From assembly GCA_041499435.1 (NCBI GenBank), contig JBGQKF010000001.1, positions 1 to 43,690 of the forward strand: DNA of 43,690 bases, written 5' to 3'. The number at the start of each line of letters is the position of its first letter. The first letter of the stretch is position 1. A model generated the notes under the pieces. That model saw nothing but the letters and a program-made list of their open reading frames with translations. It ran no database searches and was not told the DNA's origin. The DNA comes from Gammaproteobacteria bacterium (GTDB lineage: Bacteria > Pseudomonadota > Gammaproteobacteria > Burkholderiales > SHXO01). Positions 25,185 to 38,087 of the stretch are shown here, piece by piece. The translations under genes and the position numbers were made by a program.

Positions 25185-26900
25185 ATGGTTGCTGCCATCA
25201 CGCAAAGTCAGCTTTCCGGCCTGGGGCGTGCCATGGTCCAGAAGGGGCTTCTTGTCGAGCGGGACGCCGAGCAGATCCAGGCACGCGCAAACGAGACAGG
25301 GATCACCTTTGTCGAGGAATTGATCTCGTCCAAGAAGTTCGAGGAATCGGAAATCACCGAATTCGCGGCGCACACCTTCGGCTTTCCGCTGATCGATCTC
25401 ACCGCTTTCGACGGGGATCATCTGCCCACCAAGTTCATCGAACCCAAAGCGCTGCAGGCGCGCCGCGCGCTCCCGCTCTATCAGCGCGGGAACCGTCTGT
25501 TCGTCGGCATCTCTGATCCAACCAACCGCTCGGCCATGGATCAGATCAAGTTCCAGACCGGGTTGCACGTTGAGGTCATCGTTGTCGAGGACACCAAGCT
25601 CGGCAACATCATCGCCAAGCTGCTTGCCGCCGCCGGAGTCAACCTCAAGGATCTAGTCGAAGACGAGATGGCGGCGGATCTCACCGAGGCGGACGTGCCT
25701 GAGGCGGTCGACACCGCCGCAGTCGAGATCGACGATGCGCCGGTCGTGCGCTACATCCAGAAGATCCTGCTCGATGCCATCAACAGCGGCGCCTCCGACA
25801 TTCACTTCGAGCCGTACGAGAAGGTCTATCGCATCCGCTACCGCCTGGATGGCGAGCTCTACGAGGTCGCCGCACCGCCGCTCGCCATCAAGGAGAAGCT
25901 CGCCTCGCGCATCAAGGTGATCTCCAAGCTCGACATCTCGGAAAAACGCGTCCCGCAGGACGGCCGTATGAAGCTGGTGCTGTCGAAGACCCGCGCTATC
26001 GACTTTCGCGTGAGCACTCTGCCTACGTTGTTCGGCGAAAAGCTGGTGCTGCGCATTCTGGATCCGTCGAGTGCGACGCTGGGCGTCGAAGCCCTTGGTT
26101 ATGAGCCGGAGCAAAAAGAAGCGCTGTTGCAGGCGGTAGCGCGGCCGTACGGCATGGTGCTGGTTACCGGTCCCACCGGCTCGGGCAAGACCGTGTCGTT
26201 GTACACCTGTCTCAACATTCTCAATCAGCCGGGAATCAACATTTCCACCGCGGAGGACCCGGCCGAAATCAATTTGCCAGGCATCAACCAGGTCAATGTC
26301 AATGAAAAGGCTGGCCTGACTTTTGCTGCTGCCTTGAAGGCTTTTCTGCGGCAGGATCCCGACGTGATCATGGTTGGTGAGATCCGCGATCTGGAAACCG
26401 GAGAGATCGCGGTGAAAGCCGCGCAGACCGGCCACTTGGTGCTGTCGACGCTGCATACGAACGATGCGCCGACGACGCTCACGCGCCTGATGAACATGGG
26501 TATTGCACCGTTCAACATCGCCTCGTCGGTGATCTTGATCACCGCCCAGCGACTGGCGCGCAAGCTGTGCGTGAACTGCAAGCGGCCGCTCGACATTCCG
26601 AAGCCGGCTCTGTTGCGCGCCGGCTTTACTGAGGCCGATCTGGACGGGAGCTGGACCCCGTACGAACACGTGGGTTGCGAAGCGTGCAAGAACACCGGCT
26701 ACAAAGGCAGGACCGGCATTTATCAGGTGATGCCGATCGGCGAGGCAATCAACCGCATCATCATGACCAACGGCAATGCCATCGACATCGCCGAGCAGGC
26801 CAGGCGGGAGAGAATTCCCGACCTGCGTCAGTCGGGCCTGCGCAAAGTGAAGCAAGGCGTGACCTCCCTTGAAGAGGTGGAAGCGGTCACCAACGAGTAA
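25185..26900 (+). CDS. pilB: Type IV pilus assembly ATPase
   Basis: GspII_E N-domain, Walker A VTGPTGSGKT, Asp/His boxes, and tetracysteine CVNCK...CEACK. Confidence 0.93.
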   Translation: MVAAITQSQLSGLGRAMVQKGLLVERDAEQIQARANETGITFVEELISSKKFEESEITEFAAHTFGFPLIDLTAFDGDHLPTKFIEPKALQARRALPLYQRGNRLFVGISDPTNRSAMDQIKFQTGLHVEVIVVEDTKLGNIIAKLLAAAGVNLKDLVEDEMAADLTEADVPEAVDTAAVEIDDAPVVRYIQKILLDAINSGASDIHFEPYEKVYRIRYRLDGELYEVAAPPLAIKEKLASRIKVISKLDISEKRVPQDGRMKLVLSKTRAIDFRVSTLPTLFGEKLVLRILDPSSATLGVEALGYEPEQKEALLQAVARPYGMVLVTGPTGSGKTVSLYTCLNILNQPGINISTAEDPAEINLPGINQVNVNEKAGLTFAAALKAFLRQDPDVIMVGEIRDLETGEIAVKAAQTGHLVLSTLHTNDAPTTLTRLMNMGIAPFNIASSVILITAQRLARKLCVNCKRPLDIPKPALLRAGFTEADLDGSWTPYEHVGCEACKNTGYKGRTGIYQVMPIGEAINRIIMTNGNAIDIAEQARRERIPDLRQSGLRKVKQGVTSLEEVEAVTNE

Positions 26901-26918
26901 TCTGGAGACGAACTGATC

Positions 26919-28151
26919 ATGGCAACTGCAGCAGCAGTAAGCGGCGCGCGGCGCGACGTCAAGGAGTACAGCTTCTCCTGGGAAGGGCGTGATCGCGCGG
27001 GCAAAATCCTCAAAGGCGACATGCGCGCGAGCGGCGAGGCCGTAGTACAGTCGACTTTGCGCCGCCAGGGCATCGCGGTGATTCGCGTCAAGCGCCAGCG
27101 CTCCGGTCTCGGCGGGTCGATCAAGGAAAAGGACATCACGCTGTTCACGCGACAGCTGGCGACCATGATGAAGGCGGGCGTGCCCCTGTTGCAGGCGTTC
27201 GACATCGTCGGCAAGGGTCATAACAACCCGGCGGTGGCCCGCCTGCTGATGGACGTCAAGACCGAAGTGGAAACCGGAAGCGCGCTCAACACCGCGTTTC
27301 GCAAATATCCGATGTACTTCGATGCGCTGTTCTGCAACCTGGTGGGCGCCGGCGAGGCGGCTGGTATTCTCGACAGCCTGCTCGATCGCCTGGCGACCTA
27401 CAAGGAAAAGATCCTCGCGATCAAGAGCAAGATCAAATCCGCGCTGTTCTACCCGATCTCCATCATCGTCGTCGCATTCGTGATCACGGCGGTGATCATG
27501 ATCTTCGTCATTCCCGCGTTCAAAGACTTGTTCTCGAGCTTCGGCGCCGATCTGCCGGCGCCGACGCTTTTCATCATCGCGCTCTCAGATTTCTTCGTCC
27601 ACTACTGGTTCCTCATCTTCGGTGGACTTGCCGGCGGTCTTTGGTTCTTCTTCTATAGTTGGAAGCGCTCGAAGAAGATGCAGGCTGTGATGGACCGGCT
27701 GTTTTTGCGCCTGCCGGTGTTCGGCGACATCATCCGCAAGGCCACCGTCGCGCGCTGGACCCGAACGCTCGCCACCATGTTCGCCGCCGGTGTGCCGCTG
27801 GTCGAAGCGCTCGATTCAGTGGGTGGCGCATCAGGCAACTTCGTCTACGTGCAGGCGACCAAGAAGATTCAGCAGGAAGTAAGCACCGGTACCAGTCTTA
27901 CGGTCGCCATGCAGAACGCCGATGTATTCAATAACATGGTGATCCAGATGGTGGCGATCGGCGAGGAATCCGGCTCGCTCGATGCGATGCTGTCAAAGGT
28001 CGCCGACTTCTACGAAGCCGAGGTCGACGACGCGGTGGAAGCGTTGTCCAGCCTGATGGAGCCGATGATCATGGTGGTTCTCGGCACATTGATCGGCGGC
28101 ATGGTGATCGCCATGTATCTGCCGATCTTCAAGATGGGACAAGCGGTCTAA
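26919..28151 (+). CDS. pilC: Type IV pilus inner-membrane platform protein
   Basis: Two T2SSF repeats ([18 protein letters not shown] and [19 protein letters not shown]). Ends in IFKMGQAV. Confidence 0.93.
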   Translation: MATAAAVSGARRDVKEYSFSWEGRDRAGKILKGDMRASGEAVVQSTLRRQGIAVIRVKRQRSGLGGSIKEKDITLFTRQLATMMKAGVPLLQAFDIVGKGHNNPAVARLLMDVKTEVETGSALNTAFRKYPMYFDALFCNLVGAGEAAGILDSLLDRLATYKEKILAIKSKIKSALFYPISIIVVAFVITAVIMIFVIPAFKDLFSSFGADLPAPTLFIIALSDFFVHYWFLIFGGLAGGLWFFFYSWKRSKKMQAVMDRLFLRLPVFGDIIRKATVARWTRTLATMFAAGVPLVEALDSVGGASGNFVYVQATKKIQQEVSTGTSLTVAMQNADVFNNMVIQMVAIGEESGSLDAMLSKVADFYEAEVDDAVEALSSLMEPMIMVVLGTLIGGMVIAMYLPIFKMGQAV

Positions 28152-28158
28152 AGCGCCA

Positions 28159-28197
28159 CCGCCGGCATCGCGCCGGCGGCTGGTTGGTTTCTTTCTT
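28159..28197 (+). terminator. Intrinsic terminator/attenuator between pilC and pilD
   Basis: An 8-bp GC stem (CCGCCGGC atcgc GCCGGCGG) is followed by the T-rich tract TGGTTGGTTTCTTTCTT. Confidence 0.6.
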
Positions 28198-28251
28198 AAG
28201 TGCGTATTTCGCGCGTCCGCCGGGACGCGCACACGTCCGCACGGAACCTCC

Positions 28252-29181
28252 ATGTACGCAATCGAGCTTGTGCAATCGTCACCCGCTGCGCTCAGCATTG
28301 TGGCCGCCCTCCTGGGCCTGATGGTCGGCAGCTTTCTGAACGTCGTAATCCATCGCATGCCGATCATGCTCGGACGTGAGTGGCACGCGCAGGCGCTCGA
28401 TGTGATCGACGAGTGGGCGCAGCGGCCCGACGCCCCCGAAAGCTTACGCAAGCCGGCCGGCGCCCTGGTCGAGGTGCGCAAGCTCACACAAGGGGCCCCG
28501 CGCTATAACATCGTGGTACCGCGCTCCGCCTGCCCCAAGTGCGGCCATGCCATCACTGCGCTGGAGAACATTCCCGTGCTGAGCTGGTTGTGGTTGCGCG
28601 GACGCTGCCGGGGCTGCGCCACTCGCATCAGTGCCCGCTATCCGTTGATCGAGGCCATCACCGGCATCTTCTCCGGATACGTAGCCTGGCATTTCGGCTT
28701 CACCTGGGCAGCCGCAGGTGCTCTGATGTTCTGCTGGACCCTGATCGCCGCCACCTTCATCGATTTCGACACACAGCTGTTGCCCGACGACATCACGCTG
28801 CCTCTGCTCTGGGCCGGCTTGCTGTTCAATCTGGGCGGCGTGTTCACACCGCTATCATCGGCAGTGGTGGGTGCGATCGCCGGCTATCTTTCCCTGTGGG
28901 GCGTGTACTGGGCGTTCAAGCTCGCCACCGGCAAAGAGGGCATGGGTTACGGTGATTTCAAGCTGCTCGCTGCCATCGGCGCCTGGCTGGGCTGGAAAAT
29001 GCTGCCTGCCGTGATCCTGATCTCCTCAGCGGTGGGCGCCGTGGTCGGCATCGTGCTCATCGTTCTCGCGCGCCATGGACGGCACGTCCCCATTCCGTTC
29101 GGACCTTATCTCGCGGCCGCGGGCGTAATCGCGTTGTTCTGGGGCGATGCGATCAACCGCGCCTATCTGCAAAGCTTCTAG
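28252..29181 (+). CDS. pilD: Prepilin peptidase / N-methyltransferase
   Basis: CPKCGH...CRGC zinc motif, catalytic-Asp regions [11 protein letters not shown] and [11 protein letters not shown]. Confidence 0.93.
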   Translation: MYAIELVQSSPAALSIVAALLGLMVGSFLNVVIHRMPIMLGREWHAQALDVIDEWAQRPDAPESLRKPAGALVEVRKLTQGAPRYNIVVPRSACPKCGHAITALENIPVLSWLWLRGRCRGCATRISARYPLIEAITGIFSGYVAWHFGFTWAAAGALMFCWTLIAATFIDFDTQLLPDDITLPLLWAGLLFNLGGVFTPLSSAVVGAIAGYLSLWGVYWAFKLATGKEGMGYGDFKLLAAIGAWLGWKMLPAVILISSAVGAVVGIVLIVLARHGRHVPIPFGPYLAAAGVIALFWGDAINRAYLQSF

Positions 29182-29184
29182 GCG

Positions 29185-29820
29185 ATGGCCAACGCTCGCG
29201 CACCGGGCGGTAAGTTGGTGATCGGTGTCACGGGCGGCATTGGCAGCGGCAAGAGCACCGCTGCGCGTCTGTTTGCCGAACACGGTGCCGGTCTGGTGGA
29301 CACCGACGCTGTCGCGCTCGCGCTCACTCAGCCGGGACAGCCCGCGATGCGCGAGATTGCACAGCGCTTCGGTGCAGAGTACCTCACGCCATCTGGCGCG
29401 CTGGATCGGCCGCGCATGCGGGAGCGGGCTTTCTCGGATCCGGAGGCAAAGCGAGCGCTGGAGGGCGTACTCCATCCCCTGATTCGCGCGGAAGTCGCCG
29501 AGCAGGTGAAAGCAGCGCAGGCGCCTTACGTGCTGGTGCTGATTCCGCTGCTGGTCGAGACCGGGGGCTCCCGCGATCTGGTGGAGCGCGTTCTCGTGGT
29601 CGATGTCGATGAACGGGTGCAGATCGCACGCACCATGGCGCGCAGCGCGCTCAGCGAGGAGCAGGTGCGTGCGATCATGCGAACACAGGCGAGCCGGGAT
29701 CGACGTCTGGCTGCCGCAGACGACATCATCGACAATAACGGCGACCTGGAGGCGCTGCGCACTCAGGTCCAAGCCTTGCACGGTCGGTATCTGCAGATGG
29801 CCAACGCCGCCGGAGTCTAG
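29185..29820 (+). CDS. coaE: Dephospho-CoA kinase
   Basis: P-loop IGVTGGIGSGKST. Conserved position after pilD. Confidence 0.92.
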   Translation: MANARAPGGKLVIGVTGGIGSGKSTAARLFAEHGAGLVDTDAVALALTQPGQPAMREIAQRFGAEYLTPSGALDRPRMRERAFSDPEAKRALEGVLHPLIRAEVAEQVKAAQAPYVLVLIPLLVETGGSRDLVERVLVVDVDERVQIARTMARSALSEEQVRAIMRTQASRDRRLAAADDIIDNNGDLEALRTQVQALHGRYLQMANAAGV

Positions 29821-29873
29821 AGCCTATCCGTAATAGGCGCGGGATTCTGAGATAGGTTCTAGTGTTTATTTTT
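29817..29873 (+). terminator. Rho-independent terminator after coaE
   Basis: A 12-bp stem CTAGAGCCTATC / GATAGGTTCTAG (one G-U pair) overlaps the coaE TAG and is followed by TGTTTATTTTT. Confidence 0.6.
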
Positions 29874-30047
29874 GCCTCGTTTTAGGCAATACTTGGGGAA
29901 TTGCCTGTCGTGGTCTCCTTCGCTGTGAAGCAACACACTTAGATTGAAGGCGCGATGACGGTGATTTCGCAATGGTTCGGCAGCGCCATTGACTTGCAGA
30001 CACACACGGCTTCGGATCGAACTTCAACTTTCTGGCACCCTTGAGCT

Positions 30048-30800
30048 GTGATCAGCTACGAGTTTCCGCTGAATGAGCGTGTCCGCACTCTGCTGCGAAT
30101 GGAGAGCCTGTATGAACGGGTACAGTTCTTCAGCAGCATGGATCACGCGCTCGATCATCACGCCGCGCTGCTGTCGCTGTTCGAAATTCTCGATGTAGCC
30201 GGCCGCGCGGATCTCAAGTCCGAGCTGATGCAGGAGCTCGAACGGCAGAAGCAGACTCTGTCTGCCCTGCGCAGCAATCCCGCGATCTCGGAGGAAGCTC
30301 TCAACAGTATTTTGAGCGACATCGACAAAGCGGTCGCCGACCTGTTCCAGTCGTCGGGCAAGACCGGCCAGGGCCTGCGCGAGAACGAGTGGCTGATGGG
30401 AATCAAACAGCGCGCTGCCATTCCCGGTGGCGTGTGCGAGTTCGACGTTCCTTCGTATCATTACTGGCTGCATCAGAGTGCGCAATTGCGCCGCACGGAC
30501 TTGAGCAACTGGCTGGCGCCGTTCCTGCCGTTGCGCTCCGGGATCACTATCGTCCTGCGCATCCTGCGCGAGAGCGGTCGCTCCAGCCACCAGACCGCCA
30601 CCCAGGGCGTGTATCAGCAGATGATGGGCGGCCGCGTGGCCCAGCTGCTGCGGTTGAGTCTCGATGATGCGCACACCTGTGTGCCCGAGGTGAGCGCTAA
30701 CAAGTATGCATTGAACATCCGCTTTACCATGACCGGCGACAGCCAGCGCCGGCTGGCGCAGGACGATATCGCGTTCGACCTCACCTTCTGCAATCTGTAG
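30048..30800 (+). CDS. zapD: Cell division protein ZapD
   Basis: [21 protein letters not shown]-terminus. GTG start. In the coaE-zapD-yacG order. Confidence 0.9.
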   Translation: MISYEFPLNERVRTLLRMESLYERVQFFSSMDHALDHHAALLSLFEILDVAGRADLKSELMQELERQKQTLSALRSNPAISEEALNSILSDIDKAVADLFQSSGKTGQGLRENEWLMGIKQRAAIPGGVCEFDVPSYHYWLHQSAQLRRTDLSNWLAPFLPLRSGITIVLRILRESGRSSHQTATQGVYQQMMGGRVAQLLRLSLDDAHTCVPEVSANKYALNIRFTMTGDSQRRLAQDDIAFDLTFCNL

Positions 30801-30814
30801 TACCGTTGCGTCTC

Positions 30815-31009
30815 ATGTCTCAGGAAGCCAAGCAACGGAAGGTCGCTTGCCCGCAATGCGGGAAAGCCAGCGTCTGGACGCAAGACAACCCCTATCGCCC
30901 CTTCTGCTGCGAGCGTTGCAAGCTGGTCGATCTCGGGCAGTGGGCTTCCGAAGGCTACCGCATCCCGACAGCTAAGCCGGAGCCGGACCAGTCCGAAGGA
31001 AAGGACTGA
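30815..31009 (+). CDS. yacG: DNA gyrase inhibitor YacG (zinc finger)
   Basis: CPQCGK...[19 protein letters not shown] used ATG 30815; a TTG at 30806 is also in frame. Confidence 0.88.
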   Translation: MSQEAKQRKVACPQCGKASVWTQDNPYRPFCCERCKLVDLGQWASEGYRIPTAKPEPDQSEGKD

Positions 31010-31959
31010 GGCGTATTCCAGGCGCCACGGATCATCGCCACACCCTGCGCGCCCGCTGCGCAGGCCGCCTGCAGGGTTTCCACCCGCATGCCGCCGAGCG
31101 CATAGACCGGTAGCGGATAGGCGGCAATCAGGCGTTGGAAATGTTCCCAGCCGAGGAGCGAAGCACGCGGATGGGTCGGCGTCGAGCGCACCGGACCCAG
31201 CACCACGAAGTCCAGACCGAGCGCTGCCGCCCGCGCGAGCTCTCTCTCGTTGTGACAGGAAGCCGAGCACCACTCGATCTGCGGACGGGCATCCATGGTC
31301 ATGAGCTGTGCCGCTGGCAAGTGCACACCATCGGCGGCGCTCTCATGCGCGAGACCCAGATCGCCATTCACGAGCACGCGCGCGCCCCAGGGTCTGCAAC
31401 GAGCGATGATCACACTCACCAGTTGCGCCAGTCGCTCGTGCGGCATCTGCTTCTCGCGCACCATCACCAGCCGCAGACCCCTCGCCAGCGCGCCATCGAG
31501 CCGAGCAAGAAACTGCGCTTCGCCGCGCTGCTCGACGTCGGAGATCGCCAGCACGGGAGGCAGCGCCAGCGCGCGCAGGATCGGACCGTTGGCCGGCAGC
31601 ATGGGCGCGACGGTGATGTCGGGCAGGCGCTGCCAGGTGAGCGCTTGTGCTTCTCTGGGGGCAGGCTCGTTTCGCCAGCGCGTTACACGGAAAAAATTCA
31701 ACCGGACGTGAGCGTGCGCGTAGACATACTCGCGCGCAATCCACGGCAGCGCACGCTCGACTTCGATCCCGAGCTCTTCGTGCAACTCGCGTGTCAGTGC
31801 GGTGGCCGGGGGCTCCGCATGCTCCACCTTGCCGCCGGGGAACTCCCAGTAGCCGGCATAGACTTTACCCTGCGGGCGCTGGGCGAGGAGGAAAGCCCCA
31901 CCGGGGCGCTGTATGACGGCGGCAACGACCTCGACCGGCCGCGCGGCCGCATCGTCCAT
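30955..31959 (-). CDS. Fusion protein: Nudix hydrolase (MutT-like) + thiamine-phosphate synthase-like (ThiE/TenI fold) domain
   Basis: Nudix box [26 protein letters not shown]. The C-terminal half (VMVREK...[10 protein letters not shown]...GVHL...SCHN...DFVVLGPV...PVYALGG) is the TMP-synthase-fold pattern. I used ATG 31959. Confidence 0.85.
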   Translation of the reverse strand: MDDAAARPVEVVAAVIQRPGGAFLLAQRPQGKVYAGYWEFPGGKVEHAEPPATALTRELHEELGIEVERALPWIAREYVYAHAHVRLNFFRVTRWRNEPAPREAQALTWQRLPDITVAPMLPANGPILRALALPPVLAISDVEQRGEAQFLARLDGALARGLRLVMVREKQMPHERLAQLVSVIIARCRPWGARVLVNGDLGLAHESAADGVHLPAAQLMTMDARPQIEWCSASCHNERELARAAALGLDFVVLGPVRSTPTHPRASLLGWEHFQRLIAAYPLPVYALGGMRVETLQAACAAGAQGVAMIRGAWNTPQSFPSDWSGSGLAVGMR

Positions 31960-31964
31960 GAGCT

Positions 31965-32855
31965 TCAGCGCGGCGCTGACGAAGGCACGGAGCCAACGCC
32001 GTGCCGTCCCGCCCAGTCGCGCGCGAACTGCCAACCGACACGTCCGCTGCGCGAGCCGCGTTGCAGCGCCCATTGCAGGGCTTCCTGGCGCGTCTGCTCG
32101 TCGTCGACATTGGGCACGCCGTATTGTCCGAGCCAGTAACGCACGATCGTCAGGTATTCGTCCTGGTCGAACGGATAGAAGGAAATCCACAGGCCGAAAC
32201 GCTCGGACAGCGAGATCTTTTCCTCCACGCTTTCGCCGGGATGAATCTCGTCACCGAGGTATTTCGTTTCCAGATTTTCCTGCATGTACTCGGGCATCAG
32301 ATGGCGCCGATTCGAAGTGGCATAGAGCAGGATGTTGTCCGGCGTTGCCGCCATTGAGCCGTCCAGCACCGCCTTGAGGGAGGTGTATCCGGGTTCGTCG
32401 GCGGCGAAGGACAGGTCGTCCGAGAACAAAATGAAGCGCAACGGTTGTGCCGCCACGCTATCGATGATACTCGGCAGATCCATGAGATCCTGTTTATCGA
32501 CCTCGATTAAGCGCAAACCCTGATGCGCGTGCTCGTTGAGGACCGCCTTCACCAGTGAAGATTTACCCGTTCCACGCGCTCCGGTGAGCAGCACATTGTT
32601 GGCCGGCAAGCCACGCACGAACTGCAACGTGTTCTGCGCAATGAGGTGCTTCTGCCGCTCGACGCCGCACAGATCCTGCAGCCGAATGCGATGCGGACGC
32701 TGCACCGGCTGAAAAAAACCGCGTCCGTTGTGACGGCGCCAGCGAAATGCCGTGAATGCAGCGAAATCGGGCGGGCTGGCATCGGGGGGCAGCAGGCGCT
32801 CCACCCGCTCGATCAGTGCCTGGGCACGCTCGAGGAATCTGGTCAGTTCATCCAT
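31965..32855 (-). CDS. DUF815-family AAA ATPase
   Basis: Walker A LLTGARGTGKSSLVKA and Walker B FILFSDDLSF. Conserved partner upstream of the Nudix/ThiE gene in Betaproteobacteria. Confidence 0.8.
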   Translation of the reverse strand: MDELTRFLERAQALIERVERLLPPDASPPDFAAFTAFRWRRHNGRGFFQPVQRPHRIRLQDLCGVERQKHLIAQNTLQFVRGLPANNVLLTGARGTGKSSLVKAVLNEHAHQGLRLIEVDKQDLMDLPSIIDSVAAQPLRFILFSDDLSFAADEPGYTSLKAVLDGSMAATPDNILLYATSNRRHLMPEYMQENLETKYLGDEIHPGESVEEKISLSERFGLWISFYPFDQDEYLTIVRYWLGQYGVPNVDDEQTRQEALQWALQRGSRSGRVGWQFARDWAGRHGVGSVPSSAPR

Positions 32856-32862
32856 AGAAGGT

Positions 32863-32953
32863 GGTGATTCGTGACTCCTGACTCGTGATTCGTGATTTGT
32901 AGGGCATGACGCGTTGCTGGCTACGAATCACCATTCACGAATCACGAATCACG
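32863..32953. repeat. Composite palindrome: 5 tandem 7-mers (CGTGAYT) facing 4 inverted 7-mers (AATCACG), separated by a 28-nt spacer
   Basis: Left arm 32863-32897: ggtgatt cgtgact cctgact cgtgatt cgtgatt. Right arm 32926-32953: aatcacc attcacg aatcacg aatcacg. The spacer carries GTAG...CTAC. The element fills the gap between the argJ stop (32963) and the DUF815 gene start (32855). Confidence 0.9.
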
Positions 32954-32962
32954 GCTCCTCAC

Positions 32963-34192
32963 TCAGGTCCTGTATTCCGCATTGATAGTCACATAGTCAT
33001 GCGACAGATCGCATGTCCACACGGTAGCCTGCTGCGCACCTCGGTTCAGGACGACACGCACGGTGATCTCAGGCTGTCGCATCACCCGCTGTCCATCCGC
33101 CTCCGTGTATCCCGGATGGCGGCCGCCGCGCTGGGCCACGTGCACGTCGTCCAGATACAGATCCACGTGCTCGACGTTCAAGTCGTGGATCCCGGCGTAG
33201 CCGATCGCGGCCAGCAGGCGACCCAGGTTGGGGTCCGAAGCGAAGAAGGCGGTCTTGACCAGCGGTGAGTGGGCGATGGCGAAAGCCACCTTGCGGCACT
33301 CATCGGTGGACGCACCTTTTTCAACGCGCACCGTGATGAACTTGGTCGCTCCTTCGCCGTCGCGGATGATCGCCTGCGCCAGACGCTGCGCCACGTCGCT
33401 GAGAGCGTCGCGGAACCGGGCGTACGCCGCGCTCGACGCGTCGATGATCTCATCCGCACGGCTGCGACCGCTGGCCATCAGAATCAGAGAATCGTTAGTG
33501 GACGTGTCGCCATCCACCGTGATGGCATTGAAGGAGCGGTCAGCCGCGTCGCGCAGAGCGTGCTCCATTAGTGCCTGAGGCAGGTTGGCATCGGTCGCAA
33601 TGAATGCGAGCAGGGTGGCCATATCCGGATGAATCATGCCCGCGCCCTTCGCGATCCCGGTGATAGTGACCGGTCCACCGTCCAGGTCGATCCGCTCCGA
33701 CACCGCCTTTGGTAGGGTATCGGTGGTCATGATGGCGTTTGCGGCGGCGAGCCAGTTGTCCTCCTTGAGGTCGCTCACACACGCAGGCAAACCGGCGGCG
33801 ATGCGCTCGACCGGCAGCGGCTCCATGATCACGCCGGTGGAAAATGGCAATACCTGTTCTTCTTTGAAGTCGAGCACGCGCGCGACCTCGAGGCAGGTCC
33901 GCCGTGCCGCCGAGAGCCCCTGCTCACCCGTGCCGGCGTTCGCATTACCGGTGTTGACTACGAGCGCGCGCAGTGGCCGACCATGGGCGAGATGCTCGCG
34001 CGCCACCACCACCGGTGCAGCGCAAAAGCGGTTCCGGGTGAAGATGCCGGCTACGCGCGTGCCTTCGGAAAGTCGGACGACGAGGAGATCGAGGCGACCG
34101 GGCTTGCGGATATGCGCGGCAGCGGTGCCGAGCTCGACGCCGGAAACGGCCAACAGCTGATCAGCGCGCGGCGCACTCAAGTTCACTGCCAC
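32963..34192 (-). CDS. argJ: Bifunctional glutamate N-acetyltransferase / amino-acid N-acetyltransferase
   Basis: AVNLSAP N-terminus, autoprocessing region [16 protein letters not shown], and C-terminal [15 protein letters not shown]. The GTG start at 34192 has GGGGGAG upstream. Confidence 0.92.
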   Translation of the reverse strand: MAVNLSAPRADQLLAVSGVELGTAAAHIRKPGRLDLLVVRLSEGTRVAGIFTRNRFCAAPVVVAREHLAHGRPLRALVVNTGNANAGTGEQGLSAARRTCLEVARVLDFKEEQVLPFSTGVIMEPLPVERIAAGLPACVSDLKEDNWLAAANAIMTTDTLPKAVSERIDLDGGPVTITGIAKGAGMIHPDMATLLAFIATDANLPQALMEHALRDAADRSFNAITVDGDTSTNDSLILMASGRSRADEIIDASSAAYARFRDALSDVAQRLAQAIIRDGEGATKFITVRVEKGASTDECRKVAFAIAHSPLVKTAFFASDPNLGRLLAAIGYAGIHDLNVEHVDLYLDDVHVAQRGGRHPGYTEADGQRVMRQPEITVRVVLNRGAQQATVWTCDLSHDYVTINAEYRT

Positions 34193-34259
34193 TTCGTCGC
34201 GCTCCCCCTTGAATGCGAGCTGGTGTGTTAACGCAGACCGGTCAGCCAGACGCAACCGC

Positions 34260-37004
<2,745 letters not shown>

Positions 37005-37082
37005 CGGATATCCGTGACTGGGCGCTCGGCGTTCTCCAGCTTCTCAGGCGATCAGGTCAACTTGAGATGCGATCCGCGGCCG

Positions 37083-37126
37083 CCAAAAGCAAGAGGGGCG
37101 AAGGCCTCGATCGACCCTCGCCCCTC
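37083..37126 (-). terminator. Rho-independent terminator downstream of the M23 peptidase gene
   Basis: On the minus strand, the stem GAGGGGCGAGGG ... CCTTCGCCCCTC is followed by TTGCTTTTGG. Confidence 0.65.
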
Positions 37127-37143
37127 GCGCGGCAATCTTTGTA

Positions 37144-38061
37144 TCAGCCGGGCATTCGTAAGAAGCGCGCGGGGTTCTGCGCGACGCCTCTGTAGCGCAC
37201 CTCGAAGTGCAGGTGAGTACCAGTGGAGCGGCCCGTGTTCCCGACGTTGGCGATTTTACTACCGCGCAGTACCACGTCGCCCACCTTGACCAGCAGCTTC
37301 GAGGCATGGGCATAACGCGTCATCAGGTCGTTGTTGTGGTCGATCTCGACCATATTACCATACTGAGGATGCACGCCCGCGTAGACCACCACGCCGCCGG
37401 CCGCCGCGTGGATCACGGTGCCTTCCTCGGCCATGAAGTCCATACCCTCATGAAACGCGTTCAGGCCGGTGAACGGATCGATGCGCCAGCCGAAATTGGA
37501 GGAGTAGAAGCCGTCTTCCACCGGCATCCCGCTGGGCACGAGCTGGCGCTTGGCGCTGTCTTCGGTCAGCATGGATTCCAGCACGCGCAGCTTGTCGGTG
37601 CGATCTTCCAGGTCCCGGGACATCTGATCGAGCGTTGTGCCCAGCTGCTTCATCGAAATTTCCGCGGAGGGCATGCTCGAGTCCGCGCCGCCACGCGCCG
37701 GCACACGATCGAACATGAAGTCCTGAGGCTTCAACCCGGCTACCTTGGTCAGACGCTCGCCCAAAGCATCGATACGGAGCACGCGCGCCTGCAGCTCGCC
37801 CAGTTTCGATGCCATGGTATTGAGGCTGTCCCGCATATAAGATTGCATGCGCTCATTCTCCTGTGCCTGCAGACTGACCAGCAGCGAGCGCAGATAGGGG
37901 CTGTCGTTCATCACGGCGTAACGCAACGAGAAGTAGTGCAGGAGGACAGCGAGCGAGATCACAGCGAGGAAGATACCGACCCCCAGCAGGGCGACCTGCG
38001 GGGTACCAAGGATAAAAGACCTGGCCTTGGAGGTGCCGTTGGAAACTAGAATGACATTCAT
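37144..38061 (-). CDS. M23-family peptidoglycan DD-metalloendopeptidase (membrane-anchored, coiled-coil)
   Basis: N-terminal TM helix. The LytM domain carries HEGMDF and TGRSTGTHLHFEV. Confidence 0.88.
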   Translation of the reverse strand: MNVILVSNGTSKARSFILGTPQVALLGVGIFLAVISLAVLLHYFSLRYAVMNDSPYLRSLLVSLQAQENERMQSYMRDSLNTMASKLGELQARVLRIDALGERLTKVAGLKPQDFMFDRVPARGGADSSMPSAEISMKQLGTTLDQMSRDLEDRTDKLRVLESMLTEDSAKRQLVPSGMPVEDGFYSSNFGWRIDPFTGLNAFHEGMDFMAEEGTVIHAAAGGVVVYAGVHPQYGNMVEIDHNNDLMTRYAHASKLLVKVGDVVLRGSKIANVGNTGRSTGTHLHFEVRYRGVAQNPARFLRMPG

Positions 38062-38087
38062 CGTTTCCCCCTGAGACGCCTGGAATT

